Source of the DNA: an uncultured virus (IMG/VR IMGVR_UViG_3300017751_000007)
Lineage: Duplodnaviria > Heunggongvirae > Uroviricota > Caudoviricetes
Virus record (IMG/VR): IMGVR_UViG_3300017751_000007
Direction: 5' to 3' (one strand)
Length of the DNA: 64,000 nt
In this document: positions 1 through 10,502 of the stretch, one piece after another
Layout: every line of letters begins with the position of its first letter
Position numbering within the stretch: the first letter of the stretch is position 1
The notes under the pieces: model-generated
The model's input: the letters and a program-made list of their open reading frames with translations, nothing else
What the model was told of the DNA's origin: nothing
Database searches by the model: none
Program-made: the position numbers and the translations under genes

Positions 1-1702
1 CGTCAACTTTGATTACTGTAACTTCGCCTGCACCACTTACGGCAAAATTGTCTGAACTGAATGATGCAACACCAACATTTGAAGTCGATGCTAATTCACC
101 AGCGATTGTTAATGTATTACCTGAAGCTGTTGTATTGATACCCTCACCAGCAAGAAACTCTAAAGTGCCACCTAATCTTACATTACCTTGTGTAGAACTT
201 TCGTCTGTAAAGTATAATGGGTCAGTTAGTTTAGCACTTGAAATTGAGCCTGCTAACATGGCGTCTGTAATACCTAATGCTTTAACTCTTAATGCGTCTG
301 AGTTAACTTCAATAGATGAGTTATCTGTTTCTACATTAAGTGTATTACCTGTTTTTGATAATGCGTCACCAGCAATAACTTGCCCAGCACCTGAAAACTG
401 TGATACATCTAATGCTGTTGTACCAAATGTAGGAGCACCTGTGTGAGTAAATACATAACCGTTATTACCACCAGCAGTACCTTCTTCAACGAATACGAAT
501 GAACCACCTGATAATTCAGCAGGTTGGTCTTCCGGAGTTGCTCTTGTTAAAACCCAATTTGATGAACCATCACCAACTGTAGTTACAACATAGATACCGT
601 TTTGAGCAGCTGTTGTTTGGTCTTTAATTAATATTCTATCTGCAACAACTAAAGTTACACCGTCAAGTGTTAATGCAGCTTGTGAGCCAGAGTTTGTTAA
701 TGTTGCGCCGACACCAGCAGTACCATTATCATATGTCGCTGATAAGTTTGCTGTAGAAGCCGCTTTAGCAGATGGTTTAGCGTCAAGGCCTTGAGCAACT
801 TGGTCAACATATGCTTTGTTAGCAAGTGACTGTGATTGAAAACCTGCTCTGTCTTCGTAACCTGATGGTACAATTACTGAACCTGTACCGTGTGGCGATA
901 AATTAATATCTTTGTTACTTGCTGTTGTAGATATAGTTTGACCGTTTGTCGTAATATCATCAACAACTAATGAAGTTATACCTGCAATGTCAGTTGTAGT
1001 TGCACCTAATGTTAATGTAGATGAACCAATTGTAGTTGTCGGATTTGCTAAGTTAGCATTTGATATAGCCGCACTACCAGATAAATTTGAATTTGTTAAT
1101 GCTGTTGCATTGTATGTAATTGTGTTGTCTGTTACAACTGCTTCAAGACCAGCACCACCGGCAAATGTTAAAGTTTCTGCCGTATTGTATGTATCTGTTC
1201 CTGTGTCACCTGCTAAATCAATAAACTGGTTTACAGTTGCAAAATCTAAATTACCAGCACCATCTGTTTTTAAGAATTGTCCTGGAGAACCATCGCCGTC
1301 TGGTAATACGAATGTCGTAGTAGCCGAAACTGCGTTAGGCGATTTAAGGGCAATAAAGTTTGAACCGTTATTTGTACCCTCGTTAAATTTAATTGTACCA
1401 CCGACTGTAGCAGAAGTACCAACAATAAATTGGTCAATCGCACTATTTGAATCTACTATTAGAGCAGAGTTAGCCGTTAATGTTCCTTGAACGTGGTCTA
1501 ATATAGATGTAAAATACTTACCACCGATAATATCAATACTTGTTGCGTCACCATTACCATCAACTGAACCTGTACCTAAAAATATTCTATCACCGTTATT
1601 GGCTTGGGTACCTGAACCGTATGTGTAAGCTAATTCACCTTGTTTTAGAGTAGCGGGACTAGTAGTACCCGAACTTCTTTTTATCTGAATTACTGTTGCC
1701 AT
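1..1702 (-). CDS. tail fibre protein (runs off left edge; absent from ORF track)
   Basis: ATG at 1702 gives MATVIQIKRSSGTTSPATLKQGELAY... (typical fibre N-terminus); contains ANKAYVD and RILIKDQTTAAQNGIY fibre motifs; G/S/T-rich; read as open to position 1. Confidence 0.85.
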   Translation of the reverse strand, partial: MATVIQIKRSSGTTSPATLKQGELAYTYGSGTQANNGDRIFLGTGSVDGNGDATSIDIIGGKYFTSILDHVQGTLTANSALIVDSNSAIDQFIVGTSATVGGTIKFNEGTNNGSNFIALKSPNAVSATTTFVLPDGDGSPGQFLKTDGAGNLDFATVNQFIDLAGDTGTDTYNTAETLTFAGGAGLEAVVTDNTITYNATALTNSNLSGSAAISNANLANPTTTIGSSTLTLGATTTDIAGITSLVVDDITTNGQTISTTASNKDINLSPHGTGSVIVPSGYEDRAGFQSQSLANKAYVDQVAQGLDAKPSAKAASTANLSATYDNGTAGVGATLTNSGSQAALTLDGVTLVVADRILIKDQTTAAQNGIYVVTTVGDGSSNWVLTRATPEDQPAELSGGSFVFVEEGTAGGNNGYVFTHTGAPTFGTTALDVSQFSGAGQVIAGDALSKTGNTLNVETDNSSIEVNSDALRVKALGITDAMLAGSISSAKLTDPLYFTDESSTQGNVRLGGTLEFLAGEGINTTASGNTLTIAGELASTSNVGVASFSSDNFAVSGAGEVTVIKVD

Positions 1703-1709
1703 ATCTTAT

Positions 1710-1958
1710 TTAAAAACTCCCACAGTTAAATAACAGCGTTCCTGTTGTTGTAACAATTTCTGTTCTTGTTACAAATTTACCATCGCTTGCTCTATATTGT
1801 AATAACGCACCATCATTCAATGTACTTGCGTCTACGTCACCCAACGACTTTAATTGTAAGGAACTGTTGGCTGCTGCCTGAGCCGATGGCAAAGTAACTG
1901 ATACTTTATCTGGACCCGCTGATGTGTTAACGTTAATTTTTGCTGTAATATCAGGCAT
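1710..1958 (-). CDS. small virion/tail-fibre-associated protein
   Basis: 82 aa with an LKSLGDVD...DGALLQY fibre-type repeat; late promoter and SD upstream. Confidence 0.6.
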   Translation of the reverse strand: MPDITAKINVNTSAGPDKVSVTLPSAQAAANSSLQLKSLGDVDASTLNDGALLQYRASDGKFVTRTEIVTTTGTLLFNCGSF

Positions 1959-1977
1959 TATTGCTCCCTCTTTGTAC

Positions 1978-1985
1978 TATTTATA
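1978..1985 (-). promoter_or_regulatory. T4-type late promoter TATAAATA
   Basis: exact TATAAATA on the minus strand, followed by a GAGGGAG SD and ATG 1958. Confidence 0.8.
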
Positions 1986-2001
1986 ATGAAAAGGAGTTGT
2001 A

Positions 2002-2343
2002 TTATACTGAAACTTGTGGTCTAACTGTAATTATGCCTTCAATCACTCTAGTAACGTTTCCGCTACTGGTTTGTGTAATTTCTAAATCGTAAACGTATCT
2101 GGTATCATCTAATGCCTCGGTTTGAGTTTTAGATAACTGTAAGGAAACAATACCTGTGGTAGCGTCTGCGGCTACTGTAGTAGTGAAAGATACTCTAGTA
2201 TTGACACTATTGTATCCTTTTGCTAATTTTGCTTGTGCTGTATAACCACTTAAATCAAAAGGATTACCATTAGCGTCTTTGACTGTTACGTCAGAGGTAA
2301 ATGTTGCCCCTTGGTCTACCGATAAGTTAGCTATAGCTGCCAT
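2002..2343 (-). CDS. virion structural protein (Ig-like/BppU-like)
   Basis: NLSVDQGATF...YVYDLEI...RVIEGIITVRPQV pattern common in T4-like tail regions. Confidence 0.6.
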   Translation of the reverse strand: MAAIANLSVDQGATFTSDVTVKDANGNPFDLSGYTAQAKLAKGYNSVNTRVSFTTTVAADATTGIVSLQLSKTQTEALDDTRYVYDLEITQTSSGNVTRVIEGIITVRPQVSV

Positions 2344-2349
2344 ATTTCT

Positions 2350-2568
2350 CTACTCTTCTGTTTTTTCTGCTGATTGAAAACCATCTGATTCGGTCTTCAA
2401 CAACTCTACGATTTTGTCATTGTAAAATTTTGTCAGTACGTCAGTTTTTTCCATTTCAATAGCAAGTCTCGTTTTACTTGTAACGACTTCTTGTCTTGCT
2501 GTGATATAGTTTCTCAATTCACTGCTAAATTTTGTTTCGTCATACTCTTTTCCATCTATTGTAATCAT
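2350..2568 (-). CDS. hypothetical protein
   Basis: 72-aa ORF MITIDGKEYD; AGGAG SD; TATAAATA at 2588-2595. Confidence 0.7.
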   Translation of the reverse strand: MITIDGKEYDETKFSSELRNYITARQEVVTSKTRLAIEMEKTDVLTKFYNDKIVELLKTESDGFQSAEKTEE

Positions 2569-2604
2569 AATATTCTCCTATTATTACTATTTATAATAAA
2601 AATA

Positions 2605-2898
2605 CTAGCTTTGTACAACATTCTCAGTAATATTATTATCACTGCAATATGTTTGTCTTCTAGTGTACTCTGCTTGTATCGCTTCGTTTGCTTTATAATC
2701 ATCAAATGCTTCTTCACTATAGAAGCTCAATACAGTTGTTTTGACCATTTGGTCTTCACTGATACTATCTACAACTGAACCAGACCTACCTGAGTCTGTA
2801 TATGTCTTTACAGCCGCTAAAAATTCTTCTGACGGCTCATAAAAAGGTGTATCAGTATATGCTCTAGTTTGTGTAAGTGTTCTAGTTACCCACGCCAT
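2605..2898 (-). CDS. hypothetical protein
   Basis: 97-aa ORF with AAGGAG SD. Confidence 0.65.
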   Translation of the reverse strand: MAWVTRTLTQTRAYTDTPFYEPSEEFLAAVKTYTDSGRSGSVVDSISEDQMVKTTVLSFYSEEAFDDYKANEAIQAEYTRRQTYCSDNNITENVVQS

Positions 2899-2899
2899 C

Positions 2900-3685
2900 T
2901 TAATCTCCTTTTACAAATAATTTATTCTCAACAATCTCTTTGATTGATTTTCCAAATAACTCATTTTTACTATATTTATCCATTTCGGGGTCGTAGGTTA
3001 ACCAAGGTGTTAGACCAATTACCAAGTTAATTCTAGGTTCTTTTGTCTCTACTTTTCGTGTGATAGTTGGTCTATGTTTAATTCTTGTATTCCAGAGATA
3101 TGCTTTTCCTACTTCTAGTTTGTAAGTGTTATCTTTCCACTGCATAACATATTCATCACTAGTTTGTAAAGGTATATTAACTCTTAATAGCATTTGTGGT
3201 GGTTCATCAATATGCCAACCTTTGCGATTTGGTTCTAAACCATAACCAAATACATAACCAACCCTACTACGTGAAACATGAAAGGCAAATCTATCTAATA
3301 AAAAACCTAGATGTTTGTCAACCTCTGGTGTTCTCTTTCTAAAACCAAATGTATCATAATATGTATTTTCAAGCTGTTCATGTTCTTGGTCATCTTGTGC
3401 AAATGTTTGAGTAGATAATCTTGAGCCAAATACTTGATGGTGTGGATTTTCGTCTTTATGAAATGTAGGGTTATATGTAATACCAAATCCTTTATAGTTT
3501 TCGTTTGTACTATCCTTTGTTCGCCAACCAATTAGACCTACTTCTTTCTCAATTGCCTTGACACCTTTTAATATATCTTCTGCTGGTGGTAAACCTAACT
3601 CTTCTAATGTAAACTCATGCCAACCAAAGTCTTGGTAATTATCATCACTAGCATTAAAAAACCTATTCGCTTCATTCTTAAACAT
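2900..3685 (-). CDS. 2OG-Fe(II) oxygenase, Asp/Asn beta-hydroxylase-like
   Basis: WHID...RVNIPL...NTRIKH...RINLV motif; start moved to ATG 3685 (MFKNEA), just after a late promoter. Confidence 0.7.
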   Translation of the reverse strand: MFKNEANRFFNASDDNYQDFGWHEFTLEELGLPPAEDILKGVKAIEKEVGLIGWRTKDSTNENYKGFGITYNPTFHKDENPHHQVFGSRLSTQTFAQDDQEHEQLENTYYDTFGFRKRTPEVDKHLGFLLDRFAFHVSRSRVGYVFGYGLEPNRKGWHIDEPPQMLLRVNIPLQTSDEYVMQWKDNTYKLEVGKAYLWNTRIKHRPTITRKVETKEPRINLVIGLTPWLTYDPEMDKYSKNELFGKSIKEIVENKLFVKGD

Positions 3686-3690
3686 ACGTA

Positions 3691-3709
3691 TATTTATGAC
3701 GTATAAATA
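3691..3709. promoter_or_regulatory. back-to-back divergent late promoters
   Basis: CATAAATA on minus (3691-3698) and TATAAATA on plus (3702-3709) between divergent genes. Confidence 0.75.
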
Positions 3710-3732
3710 GTAGTACATAATTGAGAAGTGAA

Positions 3733-4542
3733 ATGAACGTAACATATAATAATATTACTATACCATTCTATGACATGGAACAGATGATGAACGCCTCGCC
3801 AATATCTAAAAAAGGCCTCGTTCTTAATTCAGAAGGCCTTCCAGAAAACATAATTGTATCACTTTCAGGTGGTGCTGATTCTGCCTCTGCATTATATCTT
3901 TCTTGTAAACATTATCCAAATTTACATTACTATCCTTTTACTGCAAGAGATATTGGTAACAATGCTCTTAAAGACGCCATCGCAGCTGATAAGATAGTTA
4001 AGTATATTCAAAATAAATTTCCACATGCAAATCTACATGACATTGAAACTTTTGATTTCAATGATAGAGACGAAAAACATTGGCCTGAAGCACAAAAGGC
4101 TATTGATGGTGTATCAGATGACCCTAAATTATCAAAAGATAAAGATGAATATAAAAATTTAAGTATTAAGCAAATGACTAAGATAATCTTAATACATGAA
4201 ATATGTGAACATATGGTTAAGAAGTTTCATAAACCTATGATGTTAGATGGTCTTACTGGTAATCCACCACCAGAGGCACTAGAAACTTTTGGTCATAAAG
4301 GAGAAGATAGACGTAATCATTATACAAATAGAGTTAGATTAAAATACAACCGTTACAAACCATTTCTCAATGTAGATAAAAAGTTTGTAGCAGATATTTA
4401 CAAACAAAATAACATTATGGATTTATTTGAAATAACACGTTCTTGTACAGGTACAGCAAAAGATACAGATAACTACACCAGAGAATGTCATAAATGTTTT
4501 TGGTGTTATGAGAGAAAATGGGCATTTGATTTAGTATGGTAA
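3733..4542 (+). CDS. QueC-like PP-loop ATPase
   Basis: SLSGGADS PP-loop and C-terminal SC...CHKCFWC zinc motif. Confidence 0.7.
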   Translation: MNVTYNNITIPFYDMEQMMNASPISKKGLVLNSEGLPENIIVSLSGGADSASALYLSCKHYPNLHYYPFTARDIGNNALKDAIAADKIVKYIQNKFPHANLHDIETFDFNDRDEKHWPEAQKAIDGVSDDPKLSKDKDEYKNLSIKQMTKIILIHEICEHMVKKFHKPMMLDGLTGNPPPEALETFGHKGEDRRNHYTNRVRLKYNRYKPFLNVDKKFVADIYKQNNIMDLFEITRSCTGTAKDTDNYTRECHKCFWCYERKWAFDLVW

Positions 4543-5552
4543 AAGTTAATATAGTATGTACTAGTAAACCTTGTGATGGACTATTGTATTATAGTTATGA
4601 ACATTGTACTTATTTAAGGTCAATTGGTATTGACGCTCAAGTTGTTTGTGTACCACATCCTAGAGGTATTGTTTCTGAATATAGAAATGCACTGATACGA
4701 AAATATGGTCATGCAAATAACGTTATCGTAAATAACTATCTACCTAAAAATGATGAGATAACAATGATTATGGGTAGAAGTATGTTAACTCTACCACATA
4801 AAGTTAGAAAAGAATATAAACGTAATCAGTTACTATCGTTACATTTATTATTCTCTAATAAAATTGTTGCCGTATATTCAGAAAATCATCCTGTTGATTA
4901 TCCTAGAGCAGTAGCATATTGGTCACCTAAAAAGATATGGGATTTATGTGATTATGATGTTTATCCAGAGGGCGAAGGAGAACACTTTAAAAAAGTAATA
5001 AACTTCTCTATGTACAAACCATGGAAAGATGAGATACAATATGATTATCTATTCAATGGTGTAAATGAAAAATACTATGCGTCAATTGAAAAGTATATAC
5101 ACCTAGAAAATCCAGACCACATTATGTTCGGCGAAAGAAAAGTTACCGAATTACCTTTTTATGAAGGCCAAGGATTTGAATACAAACCTGTCTCCACAAT
5201 TAAGAACTTTAAATCACATGCAATCTTAACGTTAAGTGATAAGTTAGTTAGAAATAACAACTATCACAATCCAGATTTAAACAACGTGACAGTACCAGTT
5301 AAAAATATACTAGGTTCTTTTGATACGTATGTTTACGTTAAAGAAGGATTTGACCCAGCACCAAGACTAATGATGGAATGCAAATACTTCAAAAAGAAAA
5401 TGATATTTCTCAGAGACGATAGTATAGTAGATGGTGGTAGTGCTTATCTAAAAAGAGAAAGTTACTGTCTAACATCACCAGAGAATAAAGAGAATAATGA
5501 CGTATTAGTAAAAGCAATAGAGGAGGCAGCCAGTGAAAACGTTACTAGTTAG
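4536..5552 (+). CDS. hypothetical protein, possibly a GT-B-fold glycosyltransferase
   Basis: 338 aa; C-terminal YVYVKEGFDPAPRLMMECKYF resembles a GT-B signature; weak. Confidence 0.45.
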   Translation: MVKVNIVCTSKPCDGLLYYSYEHCTYLRSIGIDAQVVCVPHPRGIVSEYRNALIRKYGHANNVIVNNYLPKNDEITMIMGRSMLTLPHKVRKEYKRNQLLSLHLLFSNKIVAVYSENHPVDYPRAVAYWSPKKIWDLCDYDVYPEGEGEHFKKVINFSMYKPWKDEIQYDYLFNGVNEKYYASIEKYIHLENPDHIMFGERKVTELPFYEGQGFEYKPVSTIKNFKSHAILTLSDKLVRNNNYHNPDLNNVTVPVKNILGSFDTYVYVKEGFDPAPRLMMECKYFKKKMIFLRDDSIVDGGSAYLKRESYCLTSPENKENNDVLVKAIEEAASENVTS

Positions 5553-6165
5553 TGGATGTTCTTGGACAGACCCTAATTTTGAATCTGTACATCATCCAGA
5601 AATGGATACATCATGGAAAAAATGGCCTGAAATACTTGCTGAAAAACTAGAACTTAATTTAGTTAACGTAGCATGGTCTGGCTCAGGTAATCAATACATT
5701 TATACTTCATTATTAGATAAGATTGTAGAGTTAGATGTAAATGATATTGCTTTAGTTATTGCTGGTTGGTCAAAAGGTTGTAGAAGTGACTTTGAGCAAG
5801 ATGGCCGAAGAAAAAATATAATGCATGATAATAGAGGTGATGTTGATTATTTTATTAAAAGAAATTTAAGATATTTTTACAGTTTACAGACTGTGTGTGC
5901 ATATCATAATTTGCCACTAAAACAGTTTCATATGTTACACCCTTTTAACAATCCAGGTGTAAACAAATTAGATGGTATAAAATCGTCATTGAGTAATCAT
6001 TACCAAGACAAACTTAATTTTATGGGTTATTCTGGCGAACCACAAATAGGTGGTTGGACTATGAGTGACTTAATACAACAAAGTGATTTTATATCTGAAA
6101 TAGATAGGCACCCTAACAAAAAAGGGCAAGAAAAAATAGCAGGAATATTACATGAAAATATATAG
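5533..6165 (+). CDS. SGNH/GDSL hydrolase-like protein
   Basis: SGCSWT, NVAWSGSGN and DRHPNKKG blocks. Confidence 0.65.
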   Translation: MKTLLVSGCSWTDPNFESVHHPEMDTSWKKWPEILAEKLELNLVNVAWSGSGNQYIYTSLLDKIVELDVNDIALVIAGWSKGCRSDFEQDGRRKNIMHDNRGDVDYFIKRNLRYFYSLQTVCAYHNLPLKQFHMLHPFNNPGVNKLDGIKSSLSNHYQDKLNFMGYSGEPQIGGWTMSDLIQQSDFISEIDRHPNKKGQEKIAGILHENI

Positions 6166-7669
6166 CGTTGCACTAAATCTACATGACCAAAATACATATG
6201 ATGGTGTCTTTCATAAACAAATGGAAAGATATACTAGATTTAAACACAACATACCTTATCATGTTGACGCATATGCTCATCATAATGAGGGCGATAAATT
6301 AAACGTTGATGATTACAGATTAAACTTTAATTTTGTTGAAGAATATTTTGAGAAATTTCCGAATAAAATTTTGGCGTTTTCCTACACTAATGGTGGTATC
6401 AGACACCTTAAAGATTCGTTGTTTAAAGGTATGCTTGTAGCTCATAAAGAGATACTTGACTATGAACCTAAAAAGTTGTTTGACAGATACTATAAAGATG
6501 AGATATACTATATTGACCACCACCAATCTCATGCCACTTATGCTTTCATAAACTCTGGTTTTGACAAGTCAGATATACTTGCCATTGACGGAATTGGTGC
6601 TAAGTATAGATGTATCTTTGTAGATAAAGATGAGAATATAACAGACTTATCTAAAGAGTTACCACTTGGTTGGATATGGAATCAAATGTCTAAACTAACA
6701 GGTTTCGGTCCGTTAGGTGCAAGTAAACTTATGGGCTTAGTTGCATATGGTAAATATAGTGAATATTATTACAATGCATTTGAAATGATAGCAGATGATA
6801 AGAGACGTGAGAAGTCAAATCATATGCATAAAGAATTGAATATTGAGAAGTATGGTAAAGAAGACTTGGCGTTTACACTACAGAAATTTACACTTGACAA
6901 AATTAAAGAACATGTATATCCACTAAAGACTTGTGAGAACATATGTCTATCTGGTGGTGTTGCCTATAATGGTTATATGAATGAAGAGTTTACTAAACAA
7001 TACCAAAATGTGTACGTTCCTCCTGCGATAGGTGATGAAGGACAGGCGCTGGGTACATATCAACACGCTGACTATACAATTAATGGTAACCGACACAAAA
7101 CAAATGTATTTGCTGGTAAAGAGTGGCCGTATAAACTATCAGATGAGAATGTTGACCTAACAGATATAGCACAATCTATTGCTGATGGCAAGATTGTTGG
7201 TTGGTACAATGGTAAGTCAGAAAGTGGTAATCGTGCCTTAGGTAATAGAAGTATTTTAGCAGACCCACGTAATCCTAATATCAAAGATGTAATCAATCAT
7301 ACAATTAAAAAGAGAGAAGATTTTAGACCATTTGCACCTGCTGTATTAGAAGAACATTATAAAGAATACTTTGACACAAATCAACCTAGTCCATATATGT
7401 CTAGGATTTGTAAAGTAAAAACTGATAAGGTTCCTGGTGTTACACACTTGGATAATACTGCAAGAATACAAACAGTCAATAAAAAATTCAATCCTGATTT
7501 CTATGACTTAATCAATGAGTTTTATAAAGTGACAGGTATACCAATGTTATTGAACACTAGTTTTAATTGTAGAGAACCTATTGTTGAAACACCACAACAG
7601 GCATTTAAAACGTTCAAAAAAACAGACCTAGATATATTAGTAATAAATGGTAAGGTGCTTAGAAAATGA
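6152..7669 (+). CDS. carbamoyltransferase (NodU/CmcH family)
   Basis: DHHQSHA, IDGIG, LSGGVAYN, GDEG, RALGNRSILADP, REDFRPFAP and LNTSFN motifs. Confidence 0.92.
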   Translation: MKIYSVALNLHDQNTYDGVFHKQMERYTRFKHNIPYHVDAYAHHNEGDKLNVDDYRLNFNFVEEYFEKFPNKILAFSYTNGGIRHLKDSLFKGMLVAHKEILDYEPKKLFDRYYKDEIYYIDHHQSHATYAFINSGFDKSDILAIDGIGAKYRCIFVDKDENITDLSKELPLGWIWNQMSKLTGFGPLGASKLMGLVAYGKYSEYYYNAFEMIADDKRREKSNHMHKELNIEKYGKEDLAFTLQKFTLDKIKEHVYPLKTCENICLSGGVAYNGYMNEEFTKQYQNVYVPPAIGDEGQALGTYQHADYTINGNRHKTNVFAGKEWPYKLSDENVDLTDIAQSIADGKIVGWYNGKSESGNRALGNRSILADPRNPNIKDVINHTIKKREDFRPFAPAVLEEHYKEYFDTNQPSPYMSRICKVKTDKVPGVTHLDNTARIQTVNKKFNPDFYDLINEFYKVTGIPMLLNTSFNCREPIVETPQQAFKTFKKTDLDILVINGKVLRK

Positions 7670-8280
7670 TAATGTTTGATGAAAAATATTTCCAAAGAGT
7701 ATTAAGAGAAATTAAGAATGATGGCCTAAATCAATCAAAAAGGTTATTAGATTCTTTAAGTCCAATACAGTTTGAATCTAAAAGTAAACTATTAGAAATG
7801 GTTGATGAATATATTGAAAAGTATTCTACAGTCACAGTTATGGGTTGTTGGTTTATGTCTATAGTTGGTTATGTATTATCTCAAAAGGTTAAGTACGTAC
7901 AAGGTATTGACTTTGACGATAGAGCTACTAGAATGGGAAGAAGATTGTTTGATGGTATTGACAACGTAGAATTTGTAAACAAAGATGTATTTAAAATGCC
8001 TACTGAAAAGATGATACTATCTAATCTTATTATCAATACATCATGTGAACATATGCCACCAATGAAAGAATACCCTTATTGGGATAGAATGAGTAAAGAT
8101 ACTTATTTTGCATTTCAAACTCACACAAACGATAATATAAATGACCACACCAATTGCGTTACATCTTTAACACAATTTAAGGAACAAATACCAGACACAT
8201 GGGAAATATTAAAACAGGATGTATTAGAAGACAAAGACAGAGGCGGTCACAGATATACTTTAGTAGGAAAGATAAAATGA
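7666..8280 (+). CDS. class I SAM-dependent methyltransferase-like protein
   Basis: VMGCW...GIDFD...INTSCEHM pattern. Confidence 0.6.
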   Translation: MIMFDEKYFQRVLREIKNDGLNQSKRLLDSLSPIQFESKSKLLEMVDEYIEKYSTVTVMGCWFMSIVGYVLSQKVKYVQGIDFDDRATRMGRRLFDGIDNVEFVNKDVFKMPTEKMILSNLIINTSCEHMPPMKEYPYWDRMSKDTYFAFQTHTNDNINDHTNCVTSLTQFKEQIPDTWEILKQDVLEDKDRGGHRYTLVGKIK

Positions 8281-9095
8281 AACGTGTAATATATAGTTTA
8301 TATATTGATATACCTACAGACAAGTTAGACCAACCTGTTGACTCTGAAACAAAGTCACAATTTAAAGAACACTATACACGTCTTATAGAATGTAAGAAAA
8401 AGTATGCCAAGGATATTGGTGTAGAATTTATCTTATTTGAGTATGATGAAAAGTATAAACAGTTTGCAAAGACAATGCCACCAGAAATTACAGATTATAA
8501 TATTGTAAATTTCTATAAGTTACATTTATTATATGAACTTAATAAAGAATATGATGAGATACTATATTTAGATTTTGATGTTGTACCTATGAAATCAATT
8601 AGTTTCTTTAATATATTTGATTTAAAAAAAGGTATTGCAATCAAACATAATAATGACCTAGTTAAAAAAATTGACCAAATAACAGATACATCACAATCAA
8701 TTAGAAGTCCTACATCAAAGTATTACAATGCTCAGGCCATGTTGATTGAAAAAGGATTTAGTCCAGAGAATGATGTAATCAATACAGGCATTATTGGTAT
8801 TAATACAGAATGGTTAATTAGACTTAGATACTTTTATGGTTTTAAGAAAGACCTAGAACTAATGACAGAAGTTAAAAATGATAGTGATATATTTCCAGAG
8901 AGAATTAGAAACTTCTTTGGTTATGATAATGAAACATTGTTTGCTGTTAAATTGAAACAACATAAAATACCAATACAATTTTTACCTGAAGATTGGCATT
9001 ATCATTTTGATAAACAAGGTTTTATACCAGATAATATACATTTAGTACATACAATTAATAAAGATTTTGATACAGTCTGGAGAAAATATGCTTAA
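8277..9095 (+). CDS. GT-A-fold glycosyltransferase
   Basis: YLDFDVV DxD motif, INTG, DNET; ATGA-coupled start. Confidence 0.7.
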   Translation: MKRVIYSLYIDIPTDKLDQPVDSETKSQFKEHYTRLIECKKKYAKDIGVEFILFEYDEKYKQFAKTMPPEITDYNIVNFYKLHLLYELNKEYDEILYLDFDVVPMKSISFFNIFDLKKGIAIKHNNDLVKKIDQITDTSQSIRSPTSKYYNAQAMLIEKGFSPENDVINTGIIGINTEWLIRLRYFYGFKKDLELMTEVKNDSDIFPERIRNFFGYDNETLFAVKLKQHKIPIQFLPEDWHYHFDKQGFIPDNIHLVHTINKDFDTVWRKYA

Positions 9096-9876
9096 GATTT
9101 GTTGTGTTTATTTTGGTGACCGATATTCTCCTGACTATGTGACAAAACTATACAATAGTATCAAAAGAAACTCAACTGTTGATTTTGAGTTTGTTGTTAT
9201 ATCTGATACTCAATACGGCAGTAGATTGATAGATACAAGGTCCAGTCAACATCATATAACACAGTTTGGAGATATTGCAACAGTATTACCTTATAATCAT
9301 TTAGCAGATATTAAAAAACATTGGCATAAACTAAAATTCTTTGCACCTAACTTTGCCAATCAAAAACCTGGTGATGATATTATTGTTATGGATATTGACC
9401 AAATTATTACAGGTAATATAGATGAACTATTGAATTGGCCTGTAAAAGAAAAAGAATTATTAACATACGGTGTGTGGTGGGAAAACAAACTAGGTATTAA
9501 TGGTGGGTTTTATAAGTTTAAATCAGGCAGTTTAAAGTTTGTGTGGGACGATTTTATCAAAAATCCTGAATTCTGGCAAATGAATTTTTATAATAAAGGT
9601 GATGTTCATGTACCACTATATGGAGAACAAAACTATGTCAAATGGAAAATACAAGAACATAATGCTACATTAACTAAACTTCCACCTGAATGGTTGGGAA
9701 CATGGACAGATAGTTACAAAAAGAACTTACAATTGAATCAAATATATATGGAAAGATTTGATACAGATTATATGATAATGGATGATGTACACGAAAATAT
9801 TAAAGTCGTACACTTTGCTGGTGTAGGTAAAACTATAACAGGTAACGACAAGTTTATTAAGGATAATTGGAAATGA
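9088..9876 (+). CDS. GT8-like glycosyltransferase
   Basis: GDRYSPDYV, WHKL, MDID, GEQNY and VHFAG motifs. Confidence 0.72.
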   Translation: MLKICCVYFGDRYSPDYVTKLYNSIKRNSTVDFEFVVISDTQYGSRLIDTRSSQHHITQFGDIATVLPYNHLADIKKHWHKLKFFAPNFANQKPGDDIIVMDIDQIITGNIDELLNWPVKEKELLTYGVWWENKLGINGGFYKFKSGSLKFVWDDFIKNPEFWQMNFYNKGDVHVPLYGEQNYVKWKIQEHNATLTKLPPEWLGTWTDSYKKNLQLNQIYMERFDTDYMIMDDVHENIKVVHFAGVGKTITGNDKFIKDNWK

Positions 9877-10502
9877 TACCACATGCTCAAAGAGGTGTTA
9901 ACGTTGACCTATCTGCTAGGTGTACACTACAATGTCCTATGTGTAGTAGAACTAAAATACTAAAAAAAGGACTTAAAGTGCCTGGTGAAGATGTAACATT
10001 TGAACAGTTTAAAAAGATTGCTGATTACTTTGGTTATATTAATTTCTGTGGTCAAGTTTCTGACCCGTCAATGAACCATGACTTTATTAAAATGTTAAGG
10101 TATCTGGAAGAAAAAGGTCACAAGGTATCTATACATGTAGCTGCCTCTCATAGATTAGAGAAATGGTGGAACGAAGCCTTTGACGCAAACACAAAAGCAA
10201 GGTGGGTTTTTGGGATAGATGGTTTACCAAAAGACAGCCACAAGTATCGTAAAAACCAGGATGGCGAGAAATTATTTCGTATGATGTTACTTGCAAAAAG
10301 TAAAGGTCTTAATTGTGTATGGCAATATATTGTATTTAATTATAATGAGAATGATATAGAAGAGGCAAAATCAATCGCTAGAAAACATGACATTAAATTT
10401 GATTTATTAGTTACTTCTAGGTTTACAGATGATGACCCTCTACTACCAACAAACAAAAAGTTTGTGATGAGCAGACCTAGTATAAGGACACATAATGACT
10501 AA
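9873..10502 (+). CDS. radical SAM protein
   Basis: CTLQCPMC (CxxxCxxC) and FGIDG. Confidence 0.85.
   Translation: MIPHAQRGVNVDLSARCTLQCPMCSRTKILKKGLKVPGEDVTFEQFKKIADYFGYINFCGQVSDPSMNHDFIKMLRYLEEKGHKVSIHVAASHRLEKWWNEAFDANTKARWVFGIDGLPKDSHKYRKNQDGEKLFRMMLLAKSKGLNCVWQYIVFNYNENDIEEAKSIARKHDIKFDLLVTSRFTDDDPLLPTNKKFVMSRPSIRTHND

Noticed and set aside
9..1490. plus-strand ORFs 9-446 and 987-1490
   Set aside because: antisense shadows of the minus-strand tail-fibre gene, which the track missed because it runs off the edge
3733..4542. complete 7-deazaguanine DNA modification system
   Set aside because: only a QueC-like PP-loop protein is visible; no FolE, QueD, QueE or DpdA in this window
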